Shown: piece after piece, positions 50,773-64,000 of the stretch | Position numbering within the stretch: the stretch's first letter is position 1 | Layout of the letters: every line of letters starts with the position of its first letter | DNA from: Vicugna vicugna | Taxonomy: Eukaryota | Assembly (NCBI GenBank): GCA_013265495.1 | Contig: MU058844.1 | Coordinates: forward strand, 1,963,520 to 2,027,519 | Reading direction: 5' to 3' | DNA length: 64,000 nucleotides | Made by a program: the position numbers and the translations under genes | Notes under the pieces: generated by a model | The model's database searches: none | Seen by the model: the letters and a program-made list of their open reading frames with translations, nothing else | Told to the model about the DNA's origin: nothing

Positions 50773-52079
50773 GTCTCGAATATCTTTGGAAAGAACGTGG
50801 GACAAGATATTGCTAATAAATGAGTGAGGCTGATGGGAGAAGAACCAAAAGAGAGGGTCTGTTGGGGCTCACCAGGCCAGGGGTCAAATACACTCCAGTG
50901 TGTCTGGGTCATAGATGAGTGGAAACTGCCCAGCTTCCTCCAGATGAATAAATTTCTTATTTCTACATCTGCAGACTCTTTCCCTTCACTCCATCCTCTG
51001 TATCATGCTTTCCAATCGTTGGTCATTGGGCTTTATGATTTGCCCTACCACTTTATTTCACCATGTTCTTTAATCATGTTGCTCTTTCCAGCTTTTAAAA
51101 ACGGTTTCTATTCTTGTGATGCAGTCCCTTTCCATCAGTCTTTAATTCATTTAGCTAGAATTTGTTAAATTTTGAGCTGATGTCACCTTTTTTCCTTAAT
51201 AGTGAATCATAAAAATAATCAATTTTGTGATTTTAATTTGCAAAGACACCCTTTGAGTGTGACTTTTTCTTTCCCTTGTGACTTTTCTCTTTCCATTCTG
51301 CATTTGTCCCTTGATTCAGGCTCTGTTCCTTCTCAACTCCTACACTGACTTCTTTGGTTACTTTAGTTCGAAAAACAGCAGGCATATTCTTGTGTTCTAT
51401 GGCCTAACTGCTTCTCTATTTCCTTTCCAGTGGATTTGGATGGACTTCCCTCTTCTGTTCACTCTTCACAGCAAGGGTCACATTCCCCAAGGAGATGACT
51501 TGCAACATCCATCATGACTGTTTTTTCCTTTGCCTTTTTGTCTTGCCACCACCTGAAAAGCATCTTAATTTTTCTTTTCTCGTCAAAGCCTCTTCATCCT
51601 CTGTCCCTTTCTCTTAATGGGTTTTAAGTCTTCCCTACATTGTACAGATGTTACCACTCAGTTTTTAAAATCCCCCTTTCATTCTAAAGCCTTGAGGCTG
51701 ACTCAGCAGCGTCTGTCTCCATTTATTTTGATTCATTAAGAAGTTTGCTCAAATTTGTTCTCTGCACAAACTTTTTTAACATCCCACTCTCTACCTTGCT
51801 ATTTTGCTTAAGTTTGTTTTGTTTTTAAGCATGTTGCCTCTGTATGCTAGATACCCAAACTTTTCTCAACCGCCAATTACCAGAAGCTCTTTCCAATGTG
51901 TTCTTGGGTATCCTTTACCCTTTTGGGGGGTCCCCCTTGTCATATTATTACTTCAAATTCATATCCTATCCAGATTCCAAGTCAGTCTCATATTTTAACG
52001 TCCACTACATCAGAATGACTCTTGTTTATGTGTCACAGTGCCACTTGTCTTCATCATCTCTCCAAGTGCTTGGGAAACC

Positions 52080-52250
52080 TACTCTACTGCTCAAATGTGG
52101 CACCTGGTCCAGGTACTACTAACATAACCTGGGACTTGGTTAGAAATGCAAATACTCAACCTTAACCACAGGCCTTCTGAATTGTAATCTGCAGTTTAAC
52201 AAGCTTCTATAGATAACATATACTCATAGTGAAGTCTAAGAAGCACCAGT
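52080..52250. mobile_element. MER5A-family (hAT-Charlie)
   Basis: 'ctgctcaaatgtgg...ttagaaatgcaaatactc...aatctgcagtttaacaag...aagtctaagaagcacc'. Confidence 0.75.
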
Positions 52251-52489
52251 GTGCTACAATATTCACAAACTTGAGGATGCATAAGATTTCACTGAGTGAG
52301 CTCAAGTATTTTGTGACTTGTACCCAAATCATATTGCCTCAAAGTCTCCTAGTTTCTCTTTGGATTTACATATAACTATTGCACAGTTACATGTAAGATA
52401 ACAAATAACCTTTCTCCTATTCAGATTTATCAAACACTCTCCTTCCCAGCACACATCATGGTCACATAGCTGAACTTCTTTCCATGTCC

Positions 52490-52655
52490 ATGGGCAAGGT
52501 AAGACACTTATTTCATTTCCCATTTTCCTAATATAAAACTGAAAAGAGAAATCACGTGGTTTTCTTAGGGTTACCCAGCTAATCACGTGTGGAATGAAAA
52601 CACGTGCTCAAAATCCTTAACCCTTGGTCTAAAATTTGTACAGTACCATACTGTT
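52490..52655 (-). mobile_element. MIR SINE carrying three CACGTG E-boxes
   Basis: 'cccattttcctaatataaaactgaaaagag...agggttacccagcta' aligns to the antisense MIR core. Confidence 0.55.
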
Positions 52656-53519
52656 GTTTGTTGAAATAATTATATAATGCTACAAATGTTATTTTTTCCT
52701 ATTTATTTCAATTTTTTAATATTAAGATATAAGTTTTAGATTATTGTTAAAGATGCATTTGGAAATATAATCATAACTACAATATTCTATCAAGTGTACC
52801 TGGAGAGAATATAATCAAAATAAACTGAAGCTTTAGAAATTATATGCAAGAAAGGGTACAGTATTTCCTTAAAAATGGACAGAGGTTGCAGATGAAATTT
52901 TACAAGACAAAATATATTAAGCTCACATATCTTTTGGAAAAGATTTCTAGAACTAGTCAGGGTATGTGCCATCCCCTTTAAACCTTTACTGTCCCCTCAT
53001 CCAGTTTGTCTTGACGTACTTCTGCATTCCCTGTAACCCACTCATTAGCTTGCTCCCTTTTTCTTCAAAACAATGCAAATGTTATCATTTCGCCTCTTCT
53101 TTATTTATTATAAATCTCTCTAATACTAATATTGGAGAAGCATGGTTTTAGGGAAAGAAATGGAGGCACATTGAGGGACATTAAAACTTCATGAACATTC
53201 ACAAAAAATTAAGAACTACTATTTTCACAGTGAAAGTAGAGTGATAGTCTAATTTGAGAGTCTCAACAACTAGTCTATAGTAATTAGATAAGTTTTATAA
53301 TGTAGCAGTAGGCAAAATAAATCTATCAGCTAGCAATTTTGGCATGTAATTAGAAGATGAACATCTGGAGCTGAAATCAAAGTATGCTACTGATCCGTAA
53401 TTTAAAATTTTGTTAAAATACCTCGCTAGAATTTATTTCTCTATTGCTCTTGAAAATCTTAATTACTGACACCATGTGATTTACAATGTGGAAATAAATA
53501 CTACGGATAAAGTCCAAAT

Positions 53520-53790
53520 CAGGAAGGCAGCATGTGAAAGGAACATAAAATTTGGGAACATATAAAGGACTGAATTTGAGCTTTGTATCTGTGACTTATT
53601 TTGTGACTTTGGCTAAGTGACAGAGTGAACTACTCCTGATTTGCTTGGGACTTTCCTGGTTTTAAAATTGAAAGTCTTGCATCCAAGGAACCTTCTTTAT
53701 CTTGGGCAAACCAGGAGGGTTGTTCATGCTAATAAATGACTTAAGCTTTCTAAGTATAAGATCCTTTACCTGGTATATGTACATATGAGA
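53520..53790 (+). mobile_element. MIR SINE interrupted by MER94
   Basis: 'ggcagcatgtgaaaggaac...tgtgactttggctaagtga', then resumes at 'cttaagctttctaagtataag'. Confidence 0.6.
53621..53730. mobile_element. MER94 (hAT-Blackjack)
   Basis: 'cagagtgaac...tttgcttgggactttcctggttttaaaattgaaagtc...cttgggcaaaccaggagggttgttcatgcta'. Confidence 0.8.
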
Positions 53791-54319
53791 TGAGATATAA
53801 ATATTTTTTCTCTGTGTTCATATATATGTATATTCTACCAAAGTACCTATAAAAATTCATTCTTTAGCAGGCTATACACCATGATTGCAACAGATAAATC
53901 ATAGTTATAATGGAGGAGAAAAATATCACAAAATGATAAGCAGAATTTTTACTTTAAGTACAAATTCACTAAGACAAGAGATTTCTCTGAGAACTCTTAA
54001 AATCAAATTTTGTGTGGAAAATAAAATGCAACCTTGGTTTGGTAATAGTGAAAGGAGACAGAGGTTTGAGACATTTTGCAGTCTGGAAACCAAATTTTCA
54101 GTTTTTAAAAGTAGAATGTTTTGGTAATATTATTTAGTCCACAATTGAAAAGAGGGAAATTGATGTCATTTTTCCACTGAATCTTAACAGAAGTTTATGA
54201 GAGGATGTTCTTTAAACAAAGTAACAGAGACGTCTCTCTGATTCATTTCCTGATTTTAGTCAAGTTTTAACAAGAGTCTTTGTGGAATATCAAGACTCCT
54301 GATTTCTGTGAAAGAGATC

Positions 54320-55110
54320 CATTTATTTTATCATCCCTGCAATCCTCAAGTAAGCACATGCTGGACTCCTTTTCCATGTCAGGAACTGAACCCAACATTG
54401 TGGGTATAAGGTTATCATCACTGCCCTTGAGGAACTCATGATTTAAGGAGGGAGTCAGATGAAATATGGAGTCAGATGGTTAAAATACAATCTGATTCAT
54501 GCTAAAATAGAACTCTAAACAGTACTGTGAAGACAAAAATGAAGAACAGCTATGTGCCCAAAGGAGTTTGGAAGGCTTCAGAGCTTGTAACACTTGAGTA
54601 GAGTCTGTAAGGATGAGGTAGACTCCACCAAGCGGAACAGGGTCAGAAAGGCATTCCCCAAAAGGAAACAGTATATCCAAATGCAAGAAGGCATGACAAA
54701 GCCTGTCATTTTTAGGGGAGAGCAATGCTGGCAGAATACTGGTGTCAAGATCAGAAAGATGGGAAGAAATGAATTTGGAGAAACATCCTTAACATTTAAA
54801 AGTCTTGTAGTCATTTTCTTGTAGGTATTGGAGAAACATCAAAATTTTTTTAGAGAGGGAATTGAGTTCTTCAGTTTTTGAAAATAACTTTGACAGAAGT
54901 GTGATGGAATGATTAATATGATGGAGACTAGAGGTAAAAAGCTCAGAGAGAAGGCTACTGTATTAATCAGGAGAGACATGAAAAAACTCAAAGGAAGCCA
55001 GTGGTCATTGAGTAGGGAGAGGAGAGCAGAGTTTTGACTGGATATTTTCTATCAGATGCTTCAACTATTGAATATTGAGATGGGAATGGGATGAGGCAGA
55101 CCTGTTTGGA
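54320..55110 (-). mobile_element. L2 fragment
   Basis: 'cactgcccttgaggaactcatg', 'ggcattccccaaaaggaaacagtatatccaaa' and 'aaggctactgtattaatcaggagagacatga'. Confidence 0.65.
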
Positions 55111-55974
55111 CAGCTAGTTGGATCGAGCTTTTTAGATGGGGTTTTACCAGTTTAAGCTATCTCTGTAGCATCGAAGAGTCATGAAAGGAGTCTGCTTGAC
55201 CATGAGGACATGTGGGGCCATTGTGACTTTAAAAGCCTGGAATTTAAAATAAGAATAATGCTTTCAGAGAGAGAAAAACGAGTGAGCATAGAGTCTGTAT
55301 TCTCCATGAATTCCCAGAGGAAAGAAACTGATCCCATAAGAATAGGATTTGAGTTGTCAAGGTGCGCCCAGGGTACAGAAATCTTACGGTGACAGTGTAC
55401 ACTGAAGCGGAATGTGCATTTGGAACTTCAGTCAGGCTGCTTTGAACTTAGAGGTAGGGCCACTCTTTGACAGAGTGTCTAATGCTTTCCTGGACCTCAA
55501 GCAATATTCAACATTTATCTTGGGTTAAATCTAAAGTCTTTGAAATTCAATAAAAGGATTGTCTCTTGGAGAATCAAGCCAGCGAATAGTACTATGGAAA
55601 CTGGAATGCATGAAGAGAAAAGTGTGCCTTTGAGGGCTGGCAAAGCATAAAGAACCTAGATGAATTCTTTAAGTAAACAAAAGTAGAGCAATGAACTATA
55701 GCAAATTAATAGATAAAAGTGTTGTAAGTGGAAGGGATTTACCAGAATCCCCTTTTAAACTTGGCCACAGAGCCAACTTAACAAGCTGCAAATACTTGTA
55801 GAATGCAAATAACCATTACAATGAAAGAAAAGCTAGCATAGCTAGACCAGTTTCAAGGGAAGTTAATGAAAATGGGCAAGAAACAACTGGTATCGGGCGT
55901 TCTCAATGGGTGAAGCTAAAAGTATGAGGTTACATGGAAAAGAAGGAAAAGTGCCATATATTTGATTAATGAAT

Positions 55975-57290
55975 AAAACATTTTTCTTTATAAATATTCT
56001 GATTTTCAAAAATATAAATGCATGCTCGTTGTAACAAATGAAACAGAGAGATAAAAACAAGATAAAAATATCTCCAGATGACCCCCAGCCTCATCCACTT
56101 CCATACTTCTGAGAGTAATAGATTAACCACATCTTTTACAAGCCATTACACAGATAAATGGGTTTAGGTGGCAGTGTTTTTACGTACCTAAGTTATGACC
56201 ACATTGCTCTGCAACTTTCTTTTTTCATTTTGCAATGGATTATGGACAGCTCTTCAGTTGTGTAGGCAAAGATTTATTCCATCCATAATGAAAACTCAGA
56301 TTGTTTACAGTTTAGCCATTATAAGAAGTGGAGCAAGCAAACAAATTGTACGTATATTATTATATGTGGTACTATCATTTTGGTAGAGCCAAACAAAGGA
56401 CTTAAAATTTTTAATTATAACAGATATTGCCAGACTATTTTCAAGAAAAATTTCAGTTAACACCCTCCCACTAGCAATATGGCTTAAGGAAGTTTCTGTT
56501 TTCTCATGTTATTAGACCTGAATGTTACAGGTATTTTATAAATGCTTGCAAATATGATTAGTAAAATATGTTATTGTTGTTTTAACTTGCATTTTCCTGA
56601 GTTTTCCTTTGATCTCTGGGTGACATCTTTGAAATAATTTTTTTAAATCTTTGCATTGTCTCCCCTGTGAATTGCCTATTTATCTTTTTTACCAATTTTG
56701 ATTGACTTTTTCCTTTTTAGTTGTTTTTCTTCAATTTGTAAGATGCCTTTATATATTCTGGAACTTAGGTCATCTCCCAGTGTATTCAGGTTTTGTTTTA
56801 TCGTTTATTTCAGATAGGCAACTTATCTCTGTTACTAATTTTATTACTAGGTATTTGTAGTTTTGTTATATTTAGAATTTTTAAAAATTATGACATAGGG
56901 CATATTTATAGAACAGTGCAAGAAAATGTTAAGTGTACACTTAATGAATCAATACCAAGCACACATCTAAGATCAGAATATAGGCTATCTAGCACCTCAG
57001 ATGTCCTCTGCTGTGCCACCTTCAAATTTCTATCCCTCCCTTGTCCGAAAAGGTCACCCTTTTCTTAACTTTGAATACTGTATACTTTTGCTTTTTATGT
57101 ATTTTTCTTTGTATTGAACATATACAAAAGGAATAACAATGTGCAGTCTTTTGTGTTTGACTAGGGGCAACGTTATGTATTTCAGATTCATAGCAGGTAT
57201 ATCTGGATACTTCATTTTTACTGTTCTGTTTATCCATTCTATTATTAATGGGCATAAACATTGCTTTTAGTTTGGGATTATTCCATATGC
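55975..57290 (-). mobile_element. Old L1 (L1ME/HAL1-like) 3' fragments
   Basis: 'cagatattgccagactattttc...cacccctcccactagcaatatg'-like, 'gttttaacttgcattttcctga' and 'tttatccattctattattaatgggcat'. Probably two or more pieces. Confidence 0.6.
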
Positions 57291-58930
57291 AGTTATTGTG
57301 ATTTTCATCTGCATTTACCTAATGATTCACGGCGTTGAACTTTTTTATGTGTTTATTTCCATTCATATCTTCTTCAGACAAACATCAATTCAAGTCTTGC
57401 CCATTTTTGAACAAGGTTTTGTTCTGTTGTTGAGCTTTAATAGTTCTCTATATAGTGGATATTAATCTCTTATCAGATATATGATTTGCAAATATTGTCT
57501 CCCATTTCATAGGTCTCCTTTTCACTCTGTTGACAGTGTTCTTTGATGTACAAAGATTTGTAACTTTTATGAAGTTCAATTTGTCTGATTTTGCTTTTTT
57601 TTGCCTTGCCTCTCATGTCATATCAAAGAAATCATTACCAGTGTTGTGAAGCTTTTTTCTATGCTATCCTCTGGGAGTTTCATTGTTTTGGATCTTACAT
57701 TTAGGCATTTGATCCATTTTGAGTTAATTTTTGCATATGTATTAGGTAAAGGTCCAAATTCATTCTTTTGTACGTAGATATCCAGTTTCAGTGATCTTAG
57801 AACCCTTGTTGAAAATAATTTAACCATATATTCAAGGATGTATTTCTGGGCTCTCTATTCTATTTTCCATTGTTCTGTATGTCTGTCTTTATGCCAATAC
57901 CACACTGTTTTGATTATCTTTATAGTAAATTTGCACCTTTGTAGTACGTGTTGAAATATGAAAGTATAAATCTTCCAACTTTGTTCTTTTTCAAAATTGC
58001 TTTGCCTGTTTGGAGTTCCTTGAAATTCCATGTGAATTTTAGATGGACTTTTCTATTTCTGCAAAAAAAAAAAAAGTCATTGGAATTCTGATTGGGTTGA
58101 ATCTGTAGCTCATTTTGATAAGTATAGAGATCTTAATATTAAATCTTCCAGTCTATGAATGTGGGTTGTCTTTCATTTATTTGTGTCTGTCATTTCTTTC
58201 AGTAATGCTTTATAGTACTGATTGTATAAGTCTTTCACCTCCTTGGTTAAATCTTGAGTATTTTTTTGATGCTATTGAAAACTAAATTATTTTCTTAATT
58301 AATTTTCAGATTGTTCATTGTTAGTGTATAGAAATGCATCTGATTTTTGTGTTGACTCTGTATACAGCAACTTTACTAAATTCATTTTATTAGCTCAAAC
58401 AAATTTTTTTGCGGAGTCTCCAGGGATTCTTACATATAAGATCATATCATCTGTGGACAGAGATAATTTTACTTCTTTCTGTTTAATTTGAATGCCTCTT
58501 ATTTATTTTTCTTGCCCAATTACTGTTTAGGACATGCAGTACTATGTTAAATAGAAGTGGTGAAAGTAGGCATCCTTGCTTTGTCCCTGATACCAGAGGA
58601 AAAGCTTTCAGTATTTCACTAGTAAGTATGATGTTCACTGTGGATTTTTCGTTATAGCTTTTATTATGTTGGGGTAGTTTACTTCTATTTCTATTTTGTC
58701 TTTATATCATGAAAAGTGCTTGAATTATGTCAGATGCTTTTTTGTATCAAATGAGATGCCCATGTTGTTTTTCTTCTGTTTATCCTGTTAATATAATGCA
58801 TTACACTGATCAATTTTCATATGTTGAACGTTCCTTGCATTCCAGGAGTAAATCCCACTTGGTCATGGTGCATAATTTTTTTATGCTGTTGAATTTAGTT
58901 TGTTAGTATTTTCTTAAGGGTTTTTGTCAT
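57290..58930 (-). mobile_element. L1 ORF2 remnant (L1M), about 1.6 kb, many stops and frameshifts
   Basis: ORF 57618-57827(-) contains YAKINSKWIKCLNVRSKTMKL, similar to L1 ORF2 'YTKINSKWIKDLNVR'. The RT-region motif 'gtgaaagtaggcatccttgctttgtccctgat' is also present. Confidence 0.92.
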
Positions 58931-59109
58931 TCTTCTAGGTACCTTCAGTGTTCTCATGGAAAATATATCCAATTTCCTGGCTTCCCAATTTCTTGACCTT
59001 ATTTTCAAAGACTTTCTCCTTCAATATATCTAAGCCCCTGACACCTTCAATTACGCATATCCATCTGGCCCCAAACCTTGTCCTTTTCTGTTCTTCCCAG
59101 TCTGCGAAT

Positions 59110-59630
59110 GGGCATGTTGAGTTTGAGGTACTAGTGAAGAATTAAAGTGGAGATCTAACATACACAGTTAGATTTGAGTCTGGAATTCAGAAAAGTTGTA
59201 TGAAATGGAGGTGTAAATTTTAGAGGCATGACCTTAAATAAGATGGCATGGGGATAGACTATAGGGTGAGAATAGGAGAGGGCCTAGGATTTAACAATGA
59301 CCAGCTACAACATTTAAAGACCAGGAGAGAACTGAGAGCCAAACTGGCAAAAGAGACAGGGAAAAAGTGGCCACTGTGGTAAAAGGAGATTCTACTGTCA
59401 TGGAAGTCACAGACTAGAGTGCTCTGGAGTGAGGCAATTGAATGATGCTAAGCAGTCAAGAGTGAAAAATATCTAGTAGTTTGAATGTTATTGAGGTTAT
59501 TTCAGTCCCTATTAAAAACCATTTTAGTGGCATAGAGGAATGGAAACCATATTAAGAAGTGCGAATAAAAGGAGAGGAAATTTAAAAATAAAAAAGATAT
59601 CAGCTACTTTTCTGGAAGCTGGAGGAGGAA
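59110..59630 (-). mobile_element. L2 fragment
   Basis: 'ggcatgttgagtttgaggtactagtg...aagtggagatcta...gagtctggaattcag'. Confidence 0.7.
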
Positions 59631-59699
59631 GTGCTTGCTTATTTAATTATTTTTATGGGTACAGTTAGACCACAATTTCTGATGTGTTTACCACTCAAA

Positions 59700-60240
59700 T
59701 TTCTTTCAGAGTACCATGCCTCCATCTGCTCCTCACCTCTACCACCTCCTGCAATACTGGCCTCTCCTACCATCACTACCACCTTCTTGTTCCAAGTTAC
59801 CATCTCTTTTACAGAGACTATAGCCATAGAATCTTATTGATACTTCCTTATCCGTTCTTCTCCTCCACCAGTTGATTCTCCACACAAAGCCAGTGTGATC
59901 TTTCATAAACACAAATCATATCATCTCCAAGCTTAAAATACTTTGATGGCTTCCCATTGCTCTTAGCATAAAGACTGAAATTCCTGATCTGATTCACAAC
60001 ACCCCCTGTGATGTGCTCCTGCTTTTTTCTCTGACCTCATCTCTGGACATTTCCCTGCTTTTAATTTTGTCATACTGGGTTTATTTCAATTTCCTGAACA
60101 TGTCAACCTTGTTTACCAGACTCTAACTTTTATGAGAGATGGATTTAGGTCTGTCTTCCTGAGCAAATTTTTTCGGAATCTAGCAGAGTATCTTATATGT
60201 ACTAGGTATTCAATAAAGATTTCTTGAATGAACAAATGAT
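59700..60240 (+). mobile_element. L2 3' end
   Basis: 'ttctccacacaaagccagtgtgatcttt...tggcttcccattgctcttag...tattcaataaagatttcttgaatgaacaaatga'. Confidence 0.8.
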
Positions 60241-61564
60241 ACTTCTTGTGCTTAAATAAAATATAAAGAGAGAAGGAAGACACGAGGGGAAAGAAAGGAG
60301 GAGGAAAAATAAAGCAGAGAAGATAAAGAAGAAGAGCAAAAAGTGGGGTAGAAAAAAAGAAGTGAAAGAAAATGAGCAATGATTATCTTCTATTTCAAAT
60401 AAAATTCAAAGTCCTTAATGTAGCTGTGGCTTACACATCCCTTAGTGATTTGTCGCTTGACTAAGCTTGAAGTTCTCTTCTGGCCCTTTGCCCACACTCA
60501 CCCAGCACATTCTTGCACCTGTAGTCCAGGAAAACTATTTTAGTGGCAATAAATAGATAAAAAACTAACACTGTTCTTGGGGTACCATTCCAGTTCATAA
60601 AATAATAAATCTTATTATTGCTCTTGTGGTTGTTTTTATTTTTATATAATATTCAGAGAGATGGAGGGGAATATGTTTCATTTCCTTCTAGAACTTATTA
60701 CTAAGCTGTGATTTTAGAGTTGAATTTTAATAGCAACCATTGGCCAAAAAATGGTTAAATATATTATAGTAACCAAATTCCTACAGTTTTAAGCCACATC
60801 TAATGTATAATTAAAAGTAGACAAGCAGTATTTCTGTTGACTAAACTAAGAAATTTGATGTTAAAGTTTATTATTATTATTATTTTAATGATAGCTAACA
60901 GCTGTTATACCAAGGATTTATTGTTTGTTGAGAGTTTGCAGTGGTTGACAAGCCCCACAGCGATGCATACATCCTGATACTCAGAAACAGAGAAAGGCAA
61001 TGGTGTGTTCCTTTGAGTCCACATAGATGTGGGAGGAAAGGGGTTACACAGACAGTGATGACTTCATTACAGAGTGAGTATGTAATCCTGGAATTCATGC
61101 TTTTCTTCACCTGAGGAGACAACTTCAAAGTAAAACCCTGTTTTATTGACTTTGACAAGAGATACTCTCCTAGGAACAAAGGTACATGCTTGGTTTTCTT
61201 CTGAGAAAATCAGCTCTATTTTCTTTAAGAAGGCAAGGCCTAAAACAAACAAACAAACAAACCTGACAAAATTTTAGTGATAAACTGGATATATTATAAA
61301 CAGGATAAATCGGCAAAAATACTGAAATCATTCTCCTGTATGTCTGACATCATTAAAGTAGCACTTCATTTAAAATCTGGGCTCAGGATTCACAGGGTAA
61401 AGGGCAAATACATAACCAACTGAATCCAAGTAAAGAATACCTTAGATAGTCATAAGTCTAGGTTAGAGCTATTTCTATAAGTATAGTAACTTTATATCAA
61501 GTTGAAATATTGAATTGATTTCATCACAAATATAATGTCTCACTTTTCAAAGGAGGGGCAATAA

Positions 61565-64000
61565 ATAATTCATTCACCAGTGTACACTCCATGTTTACTA
61601 TGTGGCACATATATGCTATATAGATATAATATGTATGCTATATATTTTAGTAGCTGAGGCTGTAACAGTGAACAAACCAAACATCGCCACCCTTCTGCGG
61701 TTCTAGTCTAATATGATTGGAGACATTCATAAACAAATGCACAAGTAAATCATATAATATGTCAGAGTCTTGAGTAGCATGAAAAAAATGTAACAAAGTA
61801 GGATGGGGGGACAGGAAGTGCAAGGGGTGGGGGAGAGTTGCTGTTTGAGAAAGAATGTGAGGGAGGCTTCTGATAAAGTAGATGAGACCTGCAGGTGGTA
61901 AGAAGGTTGCTGTCAGATACCTGGAGGAAGAGTATTTCTAAGGGCAGAGACGAGCACATGCAAAGCCCCAGGGGTGAGGTTGTGCTTAATGTGTTTGGGA
62001 CACAGGAAGGAAGCTAGCATGGCTGGAGCTGGTTAGTCGTTATAGGAGATTTGGTCAGTGAGATAGAAGGGAGCTAGAGTTTGTAGGGTCTGTAAGCGAC
62101 TAGCATTTATTCTTATGAAGTTGTATGTCATTGAGGGCTATGAAAGAAAAATGACATGATCTGTATTAATTAGAGTATAGCTAACTCCTGGAACAAACTG
62201 ACTCAACGATGTAAAATTTCTCAAATCCAATAGATTTATATAATCATCCAAAGCAGGTGTTCCTTTTTGGCGTATGGTTTTCCTCTATTTTGGTGTATGA
62301 TCTTCCTCTATTTGATAATCCAGGGACCCAGTCTGCACCCACCATCCTCTGGAGCCTGGTTGCCTACTTCATCTAGCCAGTGCAACAGGAAAGAGATTCT
62401 AGCAATTTCCTAGGACTCAATGGCCTCTCTAGACACATGATATACAACTTATACTTTAACAGGATCACTCTGGCTGCTGTGTTGAGAACAAACTATAAGG
62501 GTGGAATGGGTGTTAAGTAGAGAAAATAGAAATAGAAAAGCGATCTTGCTCTTTTAATAAACCAAATAGGATAGGATGGTGGTTTGGGCCATAATCGTAT
62601 CCATGGAGATAGTGAGCAGTCATGGGATTCTGTCTGTATTTTGAAAGGACAGATAGATAGATGTGGGATGTGATAGAAAAGGGGAAGTCAGGAATGACTC
62701 GGTTTGAACTGTTGGAAGAACGAAGTTGCCATTTACAGATATGAGGAAAGTTGTATCAGAAGCAGTTTTTATCTGTAATTTAATTTTTGAGAAGTGGAGA
62801 TTGGTACTTAAATTTTGGACATACTAAGTTTAAGATGCCTAGTAGACATTCAGATGGGTCAAGAGAACAATCAGGTATAGGAGTCTGGGTTTTGAGAGAG
62901 AGCTCCGGCCTACAGCTAAAATTTGGGCATATAGATGCTTTTACAGTGACGATAAAATATCCTAGTGAGTGAATGTGGAAAAAGTAAAAGAAGATCTGAG
63001 GACTAAGTCTGAGTCTTGCAGCACTCCAATACTTAGAGGTCATTGCAATAAAAAATAACTAGCAAAGCAGTGAGGACGTATAGCCAGAAATTTAAGTAAA
63101 ATAAAACATGAGAAATGAGGAAATGATCTCAACAAGAGGAAAGAATAATCAGTCATGTGAAAAGATGCTAACAGATTATGAAAATTGAGCACTAATTCAT
63201 GCATCATTGGGCTTAATAATGTAAAAAAATCAGTCGCCAAAATATCAAGAAAATATTTGGTGGAGTAGTGGTGGTGATGGTGGTGGGTGAATGCATTCAA
63301 GGAAGAAGACAAATGAGAATAGCAAATAGAGACTTTTTTGAGGACTAATGTTATAAAGAGAAACAGAAAAGTAGGGTGATAGCTGGAAGAGGATGTGAAA
63401 TCAAAGGGGATTTTTAAGATGTGAAAGTCTATAGCGTATTTTTAAGTTAAATAGAATATCCCAGCAGAGAAGGAAAAAATGAAAGTGTTGATGAGGTAGG
63501 GATCAAATGCTGGAGAAATGCCCATGACTGGCCAATAAACTGAGGGGTTTGTCTTGAGAACAGTAATAGAATTTCCATAACAATAAAAGCAAATACAGGC
63601 AGGTAAATGGGGAGATGAAGTGGTGAGAACTTGTGGATGTAGGCTTTTGATTGCCTCTACTGTCTCACGGGAACAGGACCCAAAGGCACCATCTAAGAAT
63701 GAGGGGGAAGGAGAGTTTCAGAGGTTGGAAGTGGTCAGAAAGTAAATAACTAGGGGAGTGTGATATAATTGCTGCCATCATTCAGGACCCACTTAAGGTT
63801 AGTGACATGGATGTTTTTGTATGTTCCTCCGGCATATTTAATTATGTGGATCCACGAACCAAGTAGGTGGAAAAGGGGATTTAACCAAGGTGATGGGTAT
63901 GGTTAGCCAGGTGAGATGAAGGGAGAAAGGACAATGGAGTTGAAAATATGTGTTAATCTAGCACAGGAAACTACAGTCAATATCTTGTAGTAACCTATAA
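61565..64000 (-). mobile_element. Long L2 element (3' end and ORF2 region), running off the window and interrupted by an MLT1-like insert
   Basis: 'gagcacatgcaaagcccc', 'aggatcactctggctgctgtgttgagaac', 'ttttggacatactaagtttaagatgcctagtagacattc' and 'cttttgattgcctctactgtctca'. Confidence 0.8.
62162..62420 (-). mobile_element. Old MLT1-like LTR fragment nested in L2
   Basis: 'tgtattaattagagtatagctaactcctggaacaaac...atccagggacccag...accatcctctggagcct'. Confidence 0.5.

Noticed and set aside
127..63312. The supplied 60-141 aa ORFs as protein-coding genes
   Set aside because: They are short, many begin at non-ATG codons, their composition mirrors AT-rich DNA and many overlap repeats. The only recognisable similarity is to decayed L1 ORF2.

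Overview
AT-rich, CpG-depleted eutherian mammalian genomic DNA, either intergenic or deep inside a large intron. I could not recognise any protein-coding exon, RNA gene, prokaryotic gene or CRISPR array. The supplied short ORFs look like chance ORFs or decayed L1 fragments. Much of the window is interspersed repeat: many MIR and L2 fossils, old and younger L1 3' fragments, solo LTRs (MLT1, LTR16, LTR33, MER31-like and one unassigned) and DNA-transposon fossils (MER81, MER94, MER5, MER3, MER47/Tigger5). A cetartiodactyl-type L1 3' end, with no visible young tRNA- or 7SL-derived SINE, suggests a camelid-like genome (inference). The most interesting non-repeat signals are: (1) two near-consensus CTCF motifs in divergent orientation at 12.57 kb (minus) and 20.45 kb (plus); (2) three CACGTG E-boxes within 54 bp inside a MIR; (3) a local copy of an LTR33 segment flanked by a 9-bp direct repeat; (4) an E-box/PU.1/octamer cluster in a CpG-retaining patch; (5) a few small duplications and candidate exons. 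Repeat family names come from my recall of consensus sequences, not from a database search, and their boundaries are approximate. I see no convincing evidence of a previously undescribed biological system.
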